Of a stretch of DNA of 64,000 bases, positions 10,852-21,994 are shown piece by piece. Source of the DNA: Chara braunii. Its lineage: Eukaryota > Plantae > Charophyceae. A model generated the notes under the pieces. The model worked only from the letters and a program-made list of their open reading frames with translations. It made no database searches and had not been told where the DNA came from. The position numbers and the translations under genes are program-made. Position 1 is the first letter of the stretch. Every line of letters begins with the position of its first letter. The DNA lies in contig BFEA01000001.1 of NCBI GenBank assembly GCA_003427395.1, positions 5,392,203-5,456,202 on the forward strand. The letters run 5' to 3'.

Positions 10852-13199
10852 TTCTCCACCGATACTAATCCGTTCCCCAAATTCCTTACTGATTTAGGTG
10901 TGTCATCCTCACAGTGTGGTGGACATTGTCGCTGTGTCTTTGGCCTTCTTCCAGTGTACAGCTGCTCTATTGTATCAACATCCTCAGTCAAACAGCAGTT
11001 GCGATCACTGTCATTCCTCCTGGTGGCTTTGGTCTTCTTTGAGCAGGTAGGCTTTCGGTCAGGAGATGGTGGTTTCTCATAACTGTCGGTGCACTGCAAA
11101 CTGTGTCCCGCCAAAGTTCTATAAGTTGGAGGGAAAAAAACAATCTGCTCTACAGCAGAGCAGATCCGCATGGTGTGCCCTCTGGGGAGGGGTTGACATC
11201 ATTATAGGCGTTGACGTCACTCTAGGGTTTGAGACATCACCTTCTAGCTATATGTTCATACGTGCTAATGTATGAAATAACAGATAGAAATCAACACCAC
11301 TGCACTGCAACATGTTTGCCTTTCTCTGCACAATCCATTAGCTGCATTTGAGGCCTCAGGCAACATCACTCTTAATCACTGGAAGAAAAACGTTATGGCG
11401 CAGCACCCTTAAAGCACCACTACCTTTTTCCCAGGCAACTTCGACATTCCAGGTTNNNNNNNNNNNNNNNNNNNNNNNNNNNNNNNNNNNNNNNNNNNNN
11501 NNNNNNNNNNNNNNNNNNNNNNNNNNNNNNNNNNNNNNNNNNNNNNNNNNNNNNNNNNNNNNNNNNNNNNNNNNNNNNNNNNNNNNNNNNNNNNNNNNNN
11601 NNNNNNNNNNNNNNNNNNNNNNNNNNNNNNNNNNNNNNNNNNNNNNNNNNNNNNNNNNNNNNNNNNNNNNNNNNNNNNNNNNNNNNNNNNNNNNNNNNNN
11701 NNNNNNNNNNNNNNNNNNNNNNNNNNNNNNCAATGGCTGTCGGCACCAGCTAAAGGAAGAGTGCCATGCTGGCGCTTCGGCAAAGCTTGCTGCGCAAGGG
11801 CAAATCGGCCTCAGCATAAAGACGCTCGGAGGTAGTGGTGGTTCCAGAGGGAAAGCTTGGTGCGCAGGGCAAATCGCCCCCATCAAAAAGAGGCACGGAG
11901 GTAGTGGTGGTTTCAGTGGGGAAGCTGGCTACATGCTCTGCTCTTCGACTACCTTGCTAGAGCCCTGCTTTTTACAAACTCAGGCATTCCTTCCTTCCTT
12001 AACCCAGCTGGATAGGAGACTACTTCGTAGACCATAGAGTTTTAAACCACCACTACATTTCCCGCTGTTGCGAAAACGGGAAAATATCCTCCTACTGAAA
12101 AATCGGAGGCCTGGCCCTACGACGCCCGTCGTTAATAAATCTCATCAGCAGCCGTTGTTTCATTTAGGCCTCCTAAAGATTTGGGTGCCCGACCGCGGCC
12201 CACATCGGAAAAGGTAGTGGTAGTTTAAACCGTTCTTTTTGCTTCCCCCCATAACAAGAGAAACCAAAGCAGAATCGCTCTTTGATCAACGCTGATGTGT
12301 GACGTGCCTGCGCTCCAGTCACTTGTACCCGGAGGATTCGTAGTCTTATTGAATAGGACTCCACATAGTTGGGCACAAGGGCCCTGATTAGGTCTGAGAT
12401 GTCTGATCAGGCACATTCACGCCTGAGTGCACCAGAGAGAGCTGCTGTCCAGCGCATTGCCTCACATGCCCTCAGACACAAACAGAGAGCAAGTCACTGC
12501 AGAAGGTGCAAACAAATCTTTAGACCTTGGGAGAGAGGTGTATCGGCTGCAGGGATAACAAATGCAGAAACAGCAGAAAGCATGAGGCACACCGAAACCA
12601 TTCTGTTTGCCTTTTGCGGTGCGGTTGTTTCTTTTCTATCCCTCTTATGTCTTTTTCTTTATAAAAAATAAAAAAAATCCTCACAAGCCCTTCTATTCTA
12701 GGGGGCATCAGTCCGGTTGCCTATCACCTGAGCGGTAGAAGAAGAAAGAACCTAACCCTTGTAGCTCTAGGCCTCTATCAAGTGCTGTTAGATGCACCAC
12801 TCCCCTCAAACCTCATTCTGCCCTGAGGCTCCTCTGTTACCCGGGAAACACCAATACGGTACCCTGTCACATTGCAGGGGCGGGGCCTTTGGGGGAAGGG
12901 TGCAGGGGGGTGGTACAGCTAATAGTCGCCAGGTCCACATACTCGTTCTGTCGACGCACTCGTCCTGCCCCATCCCGATATACACACATTTTGTCTCATA
13001 CCCATATGCACGGCACTTGTTTCTTGCCCTTACCTGTATCAACGAAGTTATCCTACAATGACTCACTGTGCGTCCTACCCTCACCCATTTCCTCAGCCCA
13101 TACTCAGCTCTCATGGTTTCTCTTTTATATCGTTCAGCTTTCCCTTTACCGCACCTCTCAGGTACAAGGCGCCAGGCAACTCCTGCTGAACTTTGCCTG

Positions 13200-13882
13200 C
13201 CGCCTTGTACCTGAGCGATGCCGTAAAGGGAGAGCTGAAAGAAATAAAAGAGAAATCGGCTTACCTCAGCCGATGGACTCAGCGGAAGTGGAACGAGCAG
13301 TGCGCTCTTTCAACAGCTCTGTCAGACCAGAAACAGGTGGGGCTGTCCGTCCAGACATCCGTTGAAGCTGGAACGATACAGAGAAGATTAGCATGGGCCC
13401 TGCCCAAGGATGACATGCATAAATTGAGAAATGGTCCGTACAAGAAAAAAAAAACAAAAACAAAAAAGGCGCGGCTGCTGTGGCAAATTTGCCACCTGGC
13501 AATCCCAACAGCGCAATGGTTAGCCACCAAGAGTCAACACAAGGATCAGCGGGATGTGGCCAGGTGGAGACGACTGCTCACCTGTTTGTGCAATGCCCAG
13601 AACTTCAGGCTTTTTGGACACGCTGGACAGGAAGTCACAGAAAAGACGCCCTTGGATGTCACTGAGGTGGATGACACAGTCATCCTGCTGGGAATGCTAA
13701 TGAAGGTCGAAAGGCCAGCCTTCGGAGACCAGCTGTCTGCAGAGATGATTCGAGCGGCGGTGATGTGGGCTCTAGTATGGACATTGCGAAATGACCCCGC
13801 CAGACAACGAGCAACGCCGCCACTGCAGGCATATCAGGAAAGATTGATGGCGAACTTAAGGATATCCCTGGACGCAAAATAG
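13200..13882 (+). pseudogene. L1/Tx1-like LINE ORF2 C-terminal (zf-RVT) remnant interrupted by a U6 retrocopy
   Basis: KQVGL|LLWQICHLAIPTAQWL, then after a frameshift GCGQVETTAHLFVQCPELQAFW, the C..ETxxHxFxxC...W zinc-binding motif of non-LTR retrotransposon RTs. Confidence 0.7.
13345..13467 (+). pseudogene. U6: U6 snRNA retropseudogene with A-rich tail and degenerate TSD
   Basis: GACATCCG...CTGGAACGATACAGAGAAGATTAGCATGGGCCCTGCCCAAGGATGACATGCATAAATTGAGAAATGGTCC followed by an A-rich tail. Flanks AAACAGGTGGGGCTG and AAAAAGGCGCGGCTG match at 12/15. Confidence 0.92.
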
Positions 13883-16399
13883 TTAGGATGGTTTCATAGG
13901 AGGTAGGTTAGATGCGGGAGGTGAGGAATAGGTGTAAAATAGTTCGACAATGACAAGTCATCTCCAGACGCGGAGGAAGGAACGAGTGGCATCCGGTAAA
14001 GATACATGCATCGGGTGCCATACATTACAGGAACGCTGCTGGACAAGTTTTGAGACGAGCCTGGGGATCACTGACTGACGTATTTACGCCTCTGATAAAG
14101 CGCAAAGACTGTCTAACAACGAACAGGCCAGACCGTCAAAACAAACGTTAGAAAACCAAAATGGCCAAGCACTCCCGCGAGATGTATGTGGAGAAACCAG
14201 CATGGAATCCTAATCAGCAGTTCCATGACCCACCGGACAGATGCTCCATACTGATGTTGCAGATCTGTGGAGCACGGGAACATCTCCAAGCCAAGCAGTC
14301 CCCGGGCCTGCCAAATGCTGGCATACGAATCCGAAAAGCTGCAGTGACAGCTCCCACTCTGATGTACAGAAATGCCTCTGGCAATAGAAGTGAGCCATAA
14401 AATGTTAGTCACAAAAGATACCTGCCACTAAGTCGTTGAGAATCGAAGAGACATAGACTTACCTGAACTCAATACCTGCGAATATGAGTGACAGATTTAA
14501 TCGAACCGATCTGGTGCCATCACAGACGGCAGAACCTTGCAGGCATACCGCTCAGCAACCAGAATGGCCTTGATTGCATAGCGCCCTCTGCTGGTCAAGC
14601 ACTTCTAAAGCACATTGTGCGCTGACGACAGGTGAGTTATAGGAAGTCGCATTTCAGTTCACAGTATCGACTCTACAGAATAGAATACACGGAGGAGGAC
14701 GCAATGCTCAAGACGAGGATAAGACACGACTTGACATGAATCATTTTCTGTTCCAGTTTTCCGAAGAAACAAAACTGAATTGAAACTCTAACATCAGAAA
14801 GGCGAATATGGGAGCATACAGATCCAACTGCCTTGCCTACCCAGAAAACAGCCAAAGAACTTTGATTACATTGCATCACACAGTGTGATGAGGCCCTAGC
14901 ATACTCAAGACGGGTCACACACGTTGTGACAACTGACCAGTTCCTCACCTAGATCGCATACAAGTGGGAGCCTGGGCCAGCAAGCCCGCATCCGAATAAG
15001 AGGCAGCGGACTTTGGTATGCTGAGACAAAGCGATGTTTAGTGAGACTGAGCACAATGTTCAGCATTATACCCAATCATGTTTTTTTGGGTTCAACCTCA
15101 CTTTCCCCAAGAAAGCACGGATCACCAGTTTGTAACTTTTTTTTTTCTTAATTGCACGAAACTGAAATTTGACTTTCATGGTATATATTGTCGAATGCAA
15201 CTGCCTGGTAAACCATAGACAGAAAGGGTGATGAGAACAACAAGCAAGGGGCTATGTATGTATGGATTGTGAATACCATAAGCCGGAGGTTATTCTCTCT
15301 CCCTCCCTGCGTTGAGGGCAGCAGACGAGGAAAAGAGTGAGAAAGAGACTGAGACAGCGGAACCAAGAGAGACAAACAGCGCGAAGTGTGTTCAGCGGAC
15401 ACTGCCTGTTTGAGAACCATAAAAGTGACCCTAAGAATTAAATTTCGATTTCGCGGAACTCGATATAAAAACATCTTAAATTTAGCTAAGCAGCAGCTCA
15501 CCGAATTTTGCACAAAGAATAACATGCGCGACAACTCTGAGTCATGCACAAGCATCAAACCAAGCTGCGTGTACTGAATTTCATTCACCTCTTCCAGTTT
15601 TATTTGATATTTCTTTAAGATCCCTTTCATCCCCGTGTGAAGGCCAAAGCTCGTTCACTCAGGAATATGTGTTCAGATCTTTTATCAGCATGCTTTAGAG
15701 GGTTAGGTAGATTGCGTTCAGGCTACTTTGTCTCTCGCCCTGATCTTTTTTTTTGTTTGTTTGGGGATCAGATATTAAACTTATCAGAACAGATACTTTT
15801 GTCTCTCGCCCTGATCTAAGCATGCGATTTCCACAGATTTTCCTTCCTTTCAGCTGGCTGCTCACGGGTCATGAAAATGTGCTAGTCAGACCTACTAGAA
15901 CAGAGGCTCCCATGTCCCAAGGTTACTTTTTATCAGAATGCTTTACAGGGTTTGGGAATCTGTTCAATTTCAGATAGGTGATCGAAGGCTCTCGTTGTTC
16001 TATTCTCTTTTGAAGGAACCGAAAATATGCTTGCCATTGTCCCAAATCCTAGCTGAGGGCCCAAGAAAATTCAGGGGGGAGGCGGTACCGGAGGGCCATA
16101 CCGCGCTTGGGAACACGCGGCTGTATCAAACATTCGAGTACCGATTCCACCGGCGACGGATTTTGCTGGTAATGCAGCAAAAGGGGGGTGGGGGGGGATT
16201 GTGTGCCCACTTTTTTTTTCCCCAGGGAGCCGCCGCATAGCCTTGCACCGCGCCCGGGGAAGACTGGAATATTACCGGGCTGCACAAAACGGTGCGGGCG
16301 GCGTCCAGGGGAAGGGGCGATAGGAGTGCCGCGGATGGGGGCCAATGTGACCGATGCTCGAATTCAACTTCCGAGTAGGCAGGAGGGCAAGTACGAAGA

Positions 16400-17068
16400 A
16401 CATGACCAGGATGAGAGGCGGGAGGAGGGGAGGGAGACAAAGAGGAAGCAGCAGGAGTTGCAGGATGGACAGGAGGAGGAGGGACGACATAACGAGCGGG
16501 GGCAGAAGGATGGGGAAGGACAAGGAGGGGGAGGACAACAAACACGAATAGGAGAGAGGCGTGGAGGAGAAGGAGCACTGTGTGAGCATGGACGTCATAA
16601 CTAGCGGGAGCAGGAGGATGGCGAAGGATGGGGAGGAGGAGGATGAACATGAATAGGAGTAGGGGGTGGGGGAGGGCGAGCACGATGAGGAGGGAGGGGG
16701 AGAGAATGCAGCACAGGTGGGAGGGGGAACTGGAGGAGGGACAACATAGCAACCAGGAGCAGGACAATGCGGACGGACTAGGAAGGGGAGGACAACGAAC
16801 ATGAAGAGGAAGAGAGGCAGAAGGAGGACGAGGAGCTTGTGAGGAGGCAGAGGAGGGGTGGCATAGCGAGCGGGAGCAAGAGGAAGGATGAGGAGGGGGA
16901 GGACGACGAAAACGAAAAGGAGGAGAAGCGGGAGAAGGAGAAAGAGTGCAGTGAGAGGGGAGAGGACGCAGCAAGGAGTGGGAGGAGGGACTGGAGGAGG
17001 AGGGACGACATAACCAGCGGGAGTGGTAGGATGGGGAAGGGTGAAGGGGGTGAGGACAACGAACACAA
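16400..17068. repeat. Degenerate purine-rich minisatellite, ~110-150 bp units, about 5 copies
   Basis: CATA(A/G)C.A.C.GG.G motif at ~16488, 16597, 16745, 16862 and 17009, each followed by GGGGAGGACAAC-like blocks. Confidence 0.7.
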
Positions 17069-19335
17069 ACACGGTCATGCTTTGTTTTAGGAGGTGTGTA
17101 GACCAAACATGACACCACGGACACACATGATGATGACAAGGACAAGGATAACACCAGAAGAGGACGATGGTGGAGACGAAGGAGGGACGAGGATGGCAGA
17201 GGGGGATGAGGGAGGCCAACGATGGAGGGAGCAGCTGGCAGACAGGCCGGCGAGCGGGGAGTTGTGGAATGTTTTTTTTTCAATGCACGACTTTCGCAAC
17301 GTTCTAGAAACAGTTCCGGTGTTGTGGAATGCTTTCTTTTTCCATTTTTTCCTGCCATTTTCTCAACGGCTTGCAGGGAGCGATCCAATTGGTCCACTAC
17401 TCAGCGGCTGGAGAAAATGATATGGAATCTTCAGCTGGAACACGGAAAGGTACACTGCTATGTTTTCTTGTCTTTTGCGCAGAGAGAGATAGAGCACCCC
17501 GCCGCTGTGCCACCTGCGAGCAAAGCCGCTTGTAAAATGAAAAGAAAAACTAGTCACATCCTTTTCCTTTGCACTGCTTTTACTATCTTTTCCCCTTTTC
17601 TGTAAACCATTTGCATCTGCTATTTGCATCTGCTTCGACATATGCTAAGGCTTTTTCTCCCCTAGTTTTAATGTTCTGTCCCTTCACTCCCCACAATCTC
17701 CTGCTTCCCGACAAACCTCACTGCCCAGTAGGACTACACACTTCCCTAACAGCTCAGGCCCCTTCCCTGCAAACATGCACAGCAAGTTCATGAGCAGGTC
17801 AGAATTGGCCTTGTGGCATCTTGCCCTCTTTGGGCCTCATTGCAGTACACAGAGCCCCCCAAAAGCCAAATTGACCTGCCGGTCATTTTGCTGTCAAATG
17901 TTCTTCATGTGCGAAATGCAACCTGTAATCACGGCTCGACTTAGGAAGAAGAAGACCATCACTGCTTTACAGGGCAAGAATATTAAACATACCCCTGGAT
18001 CGTAACCCAAACTTTGTGCTTCATTCTGAGCACGAGCGAGGAGCTCATACAGAGGATTAATCATCGGCGAGGTACAGCACAGTCACAACCAACCCGACCT
18101 CTGCCTCACAAGCTCCGCTCAAATCATCAGAGTCAAATGCCTAATCAAAATCCACCTACAGAACATGTCCTCAGAAGGCAACCCAAACTTTACGCTCCAT
18201 CCCATGTGCAAACATAAGCTAAACACTAACAGAAGATGAGCGATAGAATACAAAGACACAGATACCATCACGTCTATGCTGTTGGGCTAATGATCTATAC
18301 AAGTCCCCTCTGGTTGACAAACGCCAACCCTATGGCAAAAGTTATGTAACATGGCCAGTTAGAACACACAAATTGGCCATCACCCCTTCGCAACCTGTGT
18401 AAGAATGATGTTACTCTCTTTGAGCCTTGCGGCACATATGCACAACACTACACTCATAACCAGACACCCACAGAAACTCTTCTCCAAGAGTAACCCTTTC
18501 TTCTGAAGTTTGGAACCATATGTCATGAGTCCTTCCCAGCTAGCCTATCAACTAAACGGGGAACCTGGAGATGAAACAAGGCGCCTCCAGAAGTGCGCAA
18601 CACTTGCCTCCTGTAATCTCTTGTGGAAACGATCGTCACGAGGCACAGAGAGCCTCCGGCAAATGGCTGCGAGGGCCTTCCATGAACTGCCGGTGTGAAG
18701 GGGTGACAAGCAGAGCACTCAGCCACAGTACGAGGGCTATAAGGGCAGTAGCCAGGCAATCACAGTTCAACATCAACCCCACAGAGCCGACCGACCAGTC
18801 ATCACTGTCAGCCAAGCAGGAAGCCTTCACACAAGTCTCAGCCTCGACAGCATACCGTTCACTCCAGGTCGACAGTGGCACACTTTAGTCTGGCTGGCAA
18901 GGACTGTCTCTCCACTGTTGCATTTCCACACACACCAACCTGCTGAAGTAAGAACAAATCTCCACAATGTCAAACCCCCAGATGTCTGCTGTCATATCAC
19001 ACCCATTGACAGTAAAAACAGAGAATCTCCAGAATGACTAACGCTCATGTCTGCTGTCATAACGCGCCCATTGAGAGATCCGTCACTACAAGTCAATTAC
19101 GTATTGACTGACGACATTAGCAACACCATGGAATGAAGTGTCGCCACGCACCATGCCATTAGCAACAGCTCTGCGCAGTGACTGCCCCTTGAGAGAGAGC
19201 TTTGAGACTCCACGTGTCCGGAAGCCTGTCGACCGCACATCCTCAAAAGCACGATGGACAAGGTTTTCCCATCCGTTGTCCTGAGATCAACCGCTTCAGT
19301 GGCCAGCTGCCAGCTGATGTTCATTCAATCAGGGT

Positions 19336-21273
19336 TCACGATTTAGCTGGAGCCCATTCCTTCAGCAAGTCCACAACCTTTCCAGACATGAGAATTTCAT
19401 GCAGCTCTGGTGGATCAACCCATGTGACAGACAGTTCCCTGACACATCGGCGACAACCCGAATGTAATTCACAGTCCGAGATAGATAGATTTGCATACAT
19501 GCCCTTCTTTAGACAACCCCCTGCATACACATTCCTTTCCTCATGCTGATTCGTCCAGCTGAAGTAGTGGAGCCCATACCGCAGAGCGATGCGCCTGTAG
19601 CGAGCGTCTGCATACATGTAGGGAAACAACTCGACCACAATTCCCTTTGGGGGCATGAAAATCATATTCGCCATCGATGGGCTGTGCATCCCAACGAAAA
19701 GAGCGGTTGTGCGCATGATGTCAACCTGGTTTTCGAACGTCTCCTTCGCCAGAGTGACAAATCTGATCTTCCATCCTGGGAAGATTTGACGAAGCACAGC
19801 CGAAACTGCATCTAAGTTTCCCACCCTTCCCGTCACCTCCCGCCACAGGACAGAAATCTGATATTTGCGCCCAGGGCTTCCACCCACAGCAGCAAGATTG
19901 GCTGACAGAGCTTCCCCCACTGGCATGTGGATTGTATTCAGAGGAAAGATAGCATTGCGGAAGCAGACACGTGCACCTTGGCGTGCAGGGCTCGCTCCAG
20001 GCAACACTCGTGCATTCTCTCCCAGAAGAACTTTTGCGATTTCTGCCGACCATTGGCCAACAACTTTGTTCCGGGGAAAAAACAGAGTAGGGTGGATAGA
20101 AACAGAAGCCCGTACCATGGATGAAATCGGACCCTTCAGGAGCTGCTGCCATGTGCTTACTATGCTTCCAACACACTCCACAAAAAGGCCAAGGTGCGCA
20201 TCACGAGGGGAAACGACCCCGATATCAATCACCTTAGTTCTTACCGGCGCTGTGGGCGCCCCTTTGTGCACCTCCTTTGGCCCTCTGTGATCAACACTAT
20301 CCAACCACACACCTTCTCCATCTGACACCTCCCTCCGACCCCAACTATGTGAAACAATTTGCGTAAGCTTCTCTTCCATTAGCATCGCCATATCTAAATC
20401 CACAAACCGTCCAAACTTCTTTGAATTCACACTCAGATCAGCTTTGTCATCATTCGAATAAAGTTCATTGCTGGGATCCGGAAGAGTGAGTTTCTGAAGG
20501 GCGCAAACATCATGCGAGACATCAATCTTGGACAGATTGAATGATGGGTCCGCAGAGAACCAGAGTCCACCCTCCAGTTGGCTAAGTCGCCACGGCTGCT
20601 CCTCATCCTTGTCCACAATTATTATATCGCCGTCTAGCCCAGGAATAAGATCTGACAGTCCGAGTCCTGTAAGTCCGCCGCCTTGATCCGCAGGATACGA
20701 CAGAGGAGTGAGGTCAATATGGCATACATCTTGCAACAACAAGAAACAGACAAAATCATCTCCACGCTGAACTATGAAGGCATCAGACTGAAGCTTTGCT
20801 TCAGAGGGGTGATCCTCACCGCCTGCAGCTTTGGTGTTGGAATTCATCGGAGACCCACGAAGAACCATTTCATCTATGTTTCCTGTTCTATTGCCCTTGT
20901 TGCTCCCATTACTCTCGCAGGAAATGCAGCTCCTTGTATCCAGAGGGGCAGCATGCCATGGGGGATGGAGCACAGCACTGAGCCCAAGCAGACGATCAGC
21001 CTCTGGGTTCCAAACATGTGCAGCTAGCATGGATCGCTCACGCATACGTGATGACCTCCCCTGCATCCGCACACCGAGAATGCTGTCACGAGCATCGTCT
21101 TCTTCCGAGATACTATCGCCAGTCTCAGAGAGACTACCCCGTTCTCGGCCTAGGATCATCTTTCCAAGCACAAAGATGGTGAATATGATGTACATAAAGA
21201 TCACAAGTGCCATGTACTGCAGCAGCAATGGCATGGAGATGCGGCCCTCACGGAAAGAAGACTTCCGATTCAT
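19336..21273 (-). CDS. Glycosyltransferase family 61 (DUF563) type II membrane protein, single ORF of 645 aa from the first ATG
   Basis: N-terminal TM helix LLLQYMALVIFMYIIFTIFVLG. C-terminal GT61 signature FENQVDIMRTTALFVGMHSPSMANMIFMPPKGIVVELFPY...Y..IA...GLHY. The ORF-track start at 21312 is TTG; the first in-frame ATG is at 21273. Confidence 0.85.
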   Translation of the reverse strand: MNRKSSFREGRISMPLLLQYMALVIFMYIIFTIFVLGKMILGRERGSLSETGDSISEEDDARDSILGVRMQGRSSRMRERSMLAAHVWNPEADRLLGLSAVLHPPWHAAPLDTRSCISCESNGSNKGNRTGNIDEMVLRGSPMNSNTKAAGGEDHPSEAKLQSDAFIVQRGDDFVCFLLLQDVCHIDLTPLSYPADQGGGLTGLGLSDLIPGLDGDIIIVDKDEEQPWRLSQLEGGLWFSADPSFNLSKIDVSHDVCALQKLTLPDPSNELYSNDDKADLSVNSKKFGRFVDLDMAMLMEEKLTQIVSHSWGRREVSDGEGVWLDSVDHRGPKEVHKGAPTAPVRTKVIDIGVVSPRDAHLGLFVECVGSIVSTWQQLLKGPISSMVRASVSIHPTLFFPRNKVVGQWSAEIAKVLLGENARVLPGASPARQGARVCFRNAIFPLNTIHMPVGEALSANLAAVGGSPGRKYQISVLWREVTGRVGNLDAVSAVLRQIFPGWKIRFVTLAKETFENQVDIMRTTALFVGMHSPSMANMIFMPPKGIVVELFPYMYADARYRRIALRYGLHYFSWTNQHEERNVYAGGCLKKGMYANLSISDCELHSGCRRCVRELSVTWVDPPELHEILMSGKVVDLLKEWAPAKS

Positions 21274-21866
21274 CTTTGCCTTACTTTTATCTCCAGTGTT
21301 TAGTCCGTTCAACTGCTTTACGTGCTCCTCACCTTCTGCTTCCTCCCTTTGACAGTCTGACTTCTCAACGACAGTCGATGTTCAGCAGCAGGGTGATGAA
21401 AGTGAAGCCGTCCTTGTGGTGGGGAACGTCTGTCATCACACGCTCGCCCCACAAGCCAGTCAGTCATACTGGAGAATCATACATGAAAACATGATTCAGC
21501 CACATCCCCACTTTCCCTTTTTCGAGTCCTGCCTTGCTTCAATGACGGCTGGCGAGTCACAAAATCCCCAATCCGCACAGCCAACCCAAAACTCCATCCA
21601 TACCTCACCATCTTCTCTGTGCCAACCCTTTCCCCTGCTATCCATAGATGCTGACCTCCAGGCCCAGGCAAAAAATAAACACAACCACCCCTCTCCAGGA
21701 GAATACCACCACAGTGGCAAATCGACTGCAATTCTAGAAAATAAACGTAATCCCTCACCAGTACTCTAAGACCAAACACAACGACAGAGTTACAAGGTGA
21801 ATACCAAACAAGGGCAAAGTACAAAAAGCCACATGCGTGCACTGACTCTTATTGCAGCCTGTGCCC

Positions 21867-21994
21867 AAACTACCCTCTATGATGAGTCAGCTTCTGAAAC
21901 TACCCTCCATGATGAGTCAGCTTCTGAAACTACCCTCTATGATGAGTCAGCTTCTGAAACTACCCTCTATGATGAGTCAGCTTAAGAAACTACC
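21867..21994. repeat. 30-bp tandem repeat, ~4.3 copies, each containing TGAGTCA
   Basis: Unit AAACTACCCTCTATGATGAGTCAGCTTCTG. Confidence 0.95.

Noticed and set aside
11405-12230. Repeated GGTAGTGGTGGTT motif in both orientations (possible MITE ends; a similar motif near 63340)
   Set aside because: Boundaries and TSD are not definable, and an N gap interrupts the region.
10737-13467. Functional U6 snRNA genes
   Set aside because: Both have A tails instead of a T-run terminator and multiple substitutions. One has a damaged ACAGAGA box, the other a damaged 5' stem. I recognised no USE/TATA promoter.
13193-13882. 229-aa ORF as a real protein-coding gene
   Set aside because: It is a LINE remnant read through a U6 retrocopy and its A tail, has a TTG start, and leaves the zinc-finger motif in another frame.
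16126-17397. 423-aa and 315-aa Pro/Ser/Leu-rich ORFs
   Set aside because: They are artefacts of a strand-skewed minisatellite; several frames are open and no domain is present.
21867-21994. CRISPR-like array (30-bp repeats)
   Set aside because: The units are contiguous with no unique spacers, there are no cas genes, and the context is eukaryotic.
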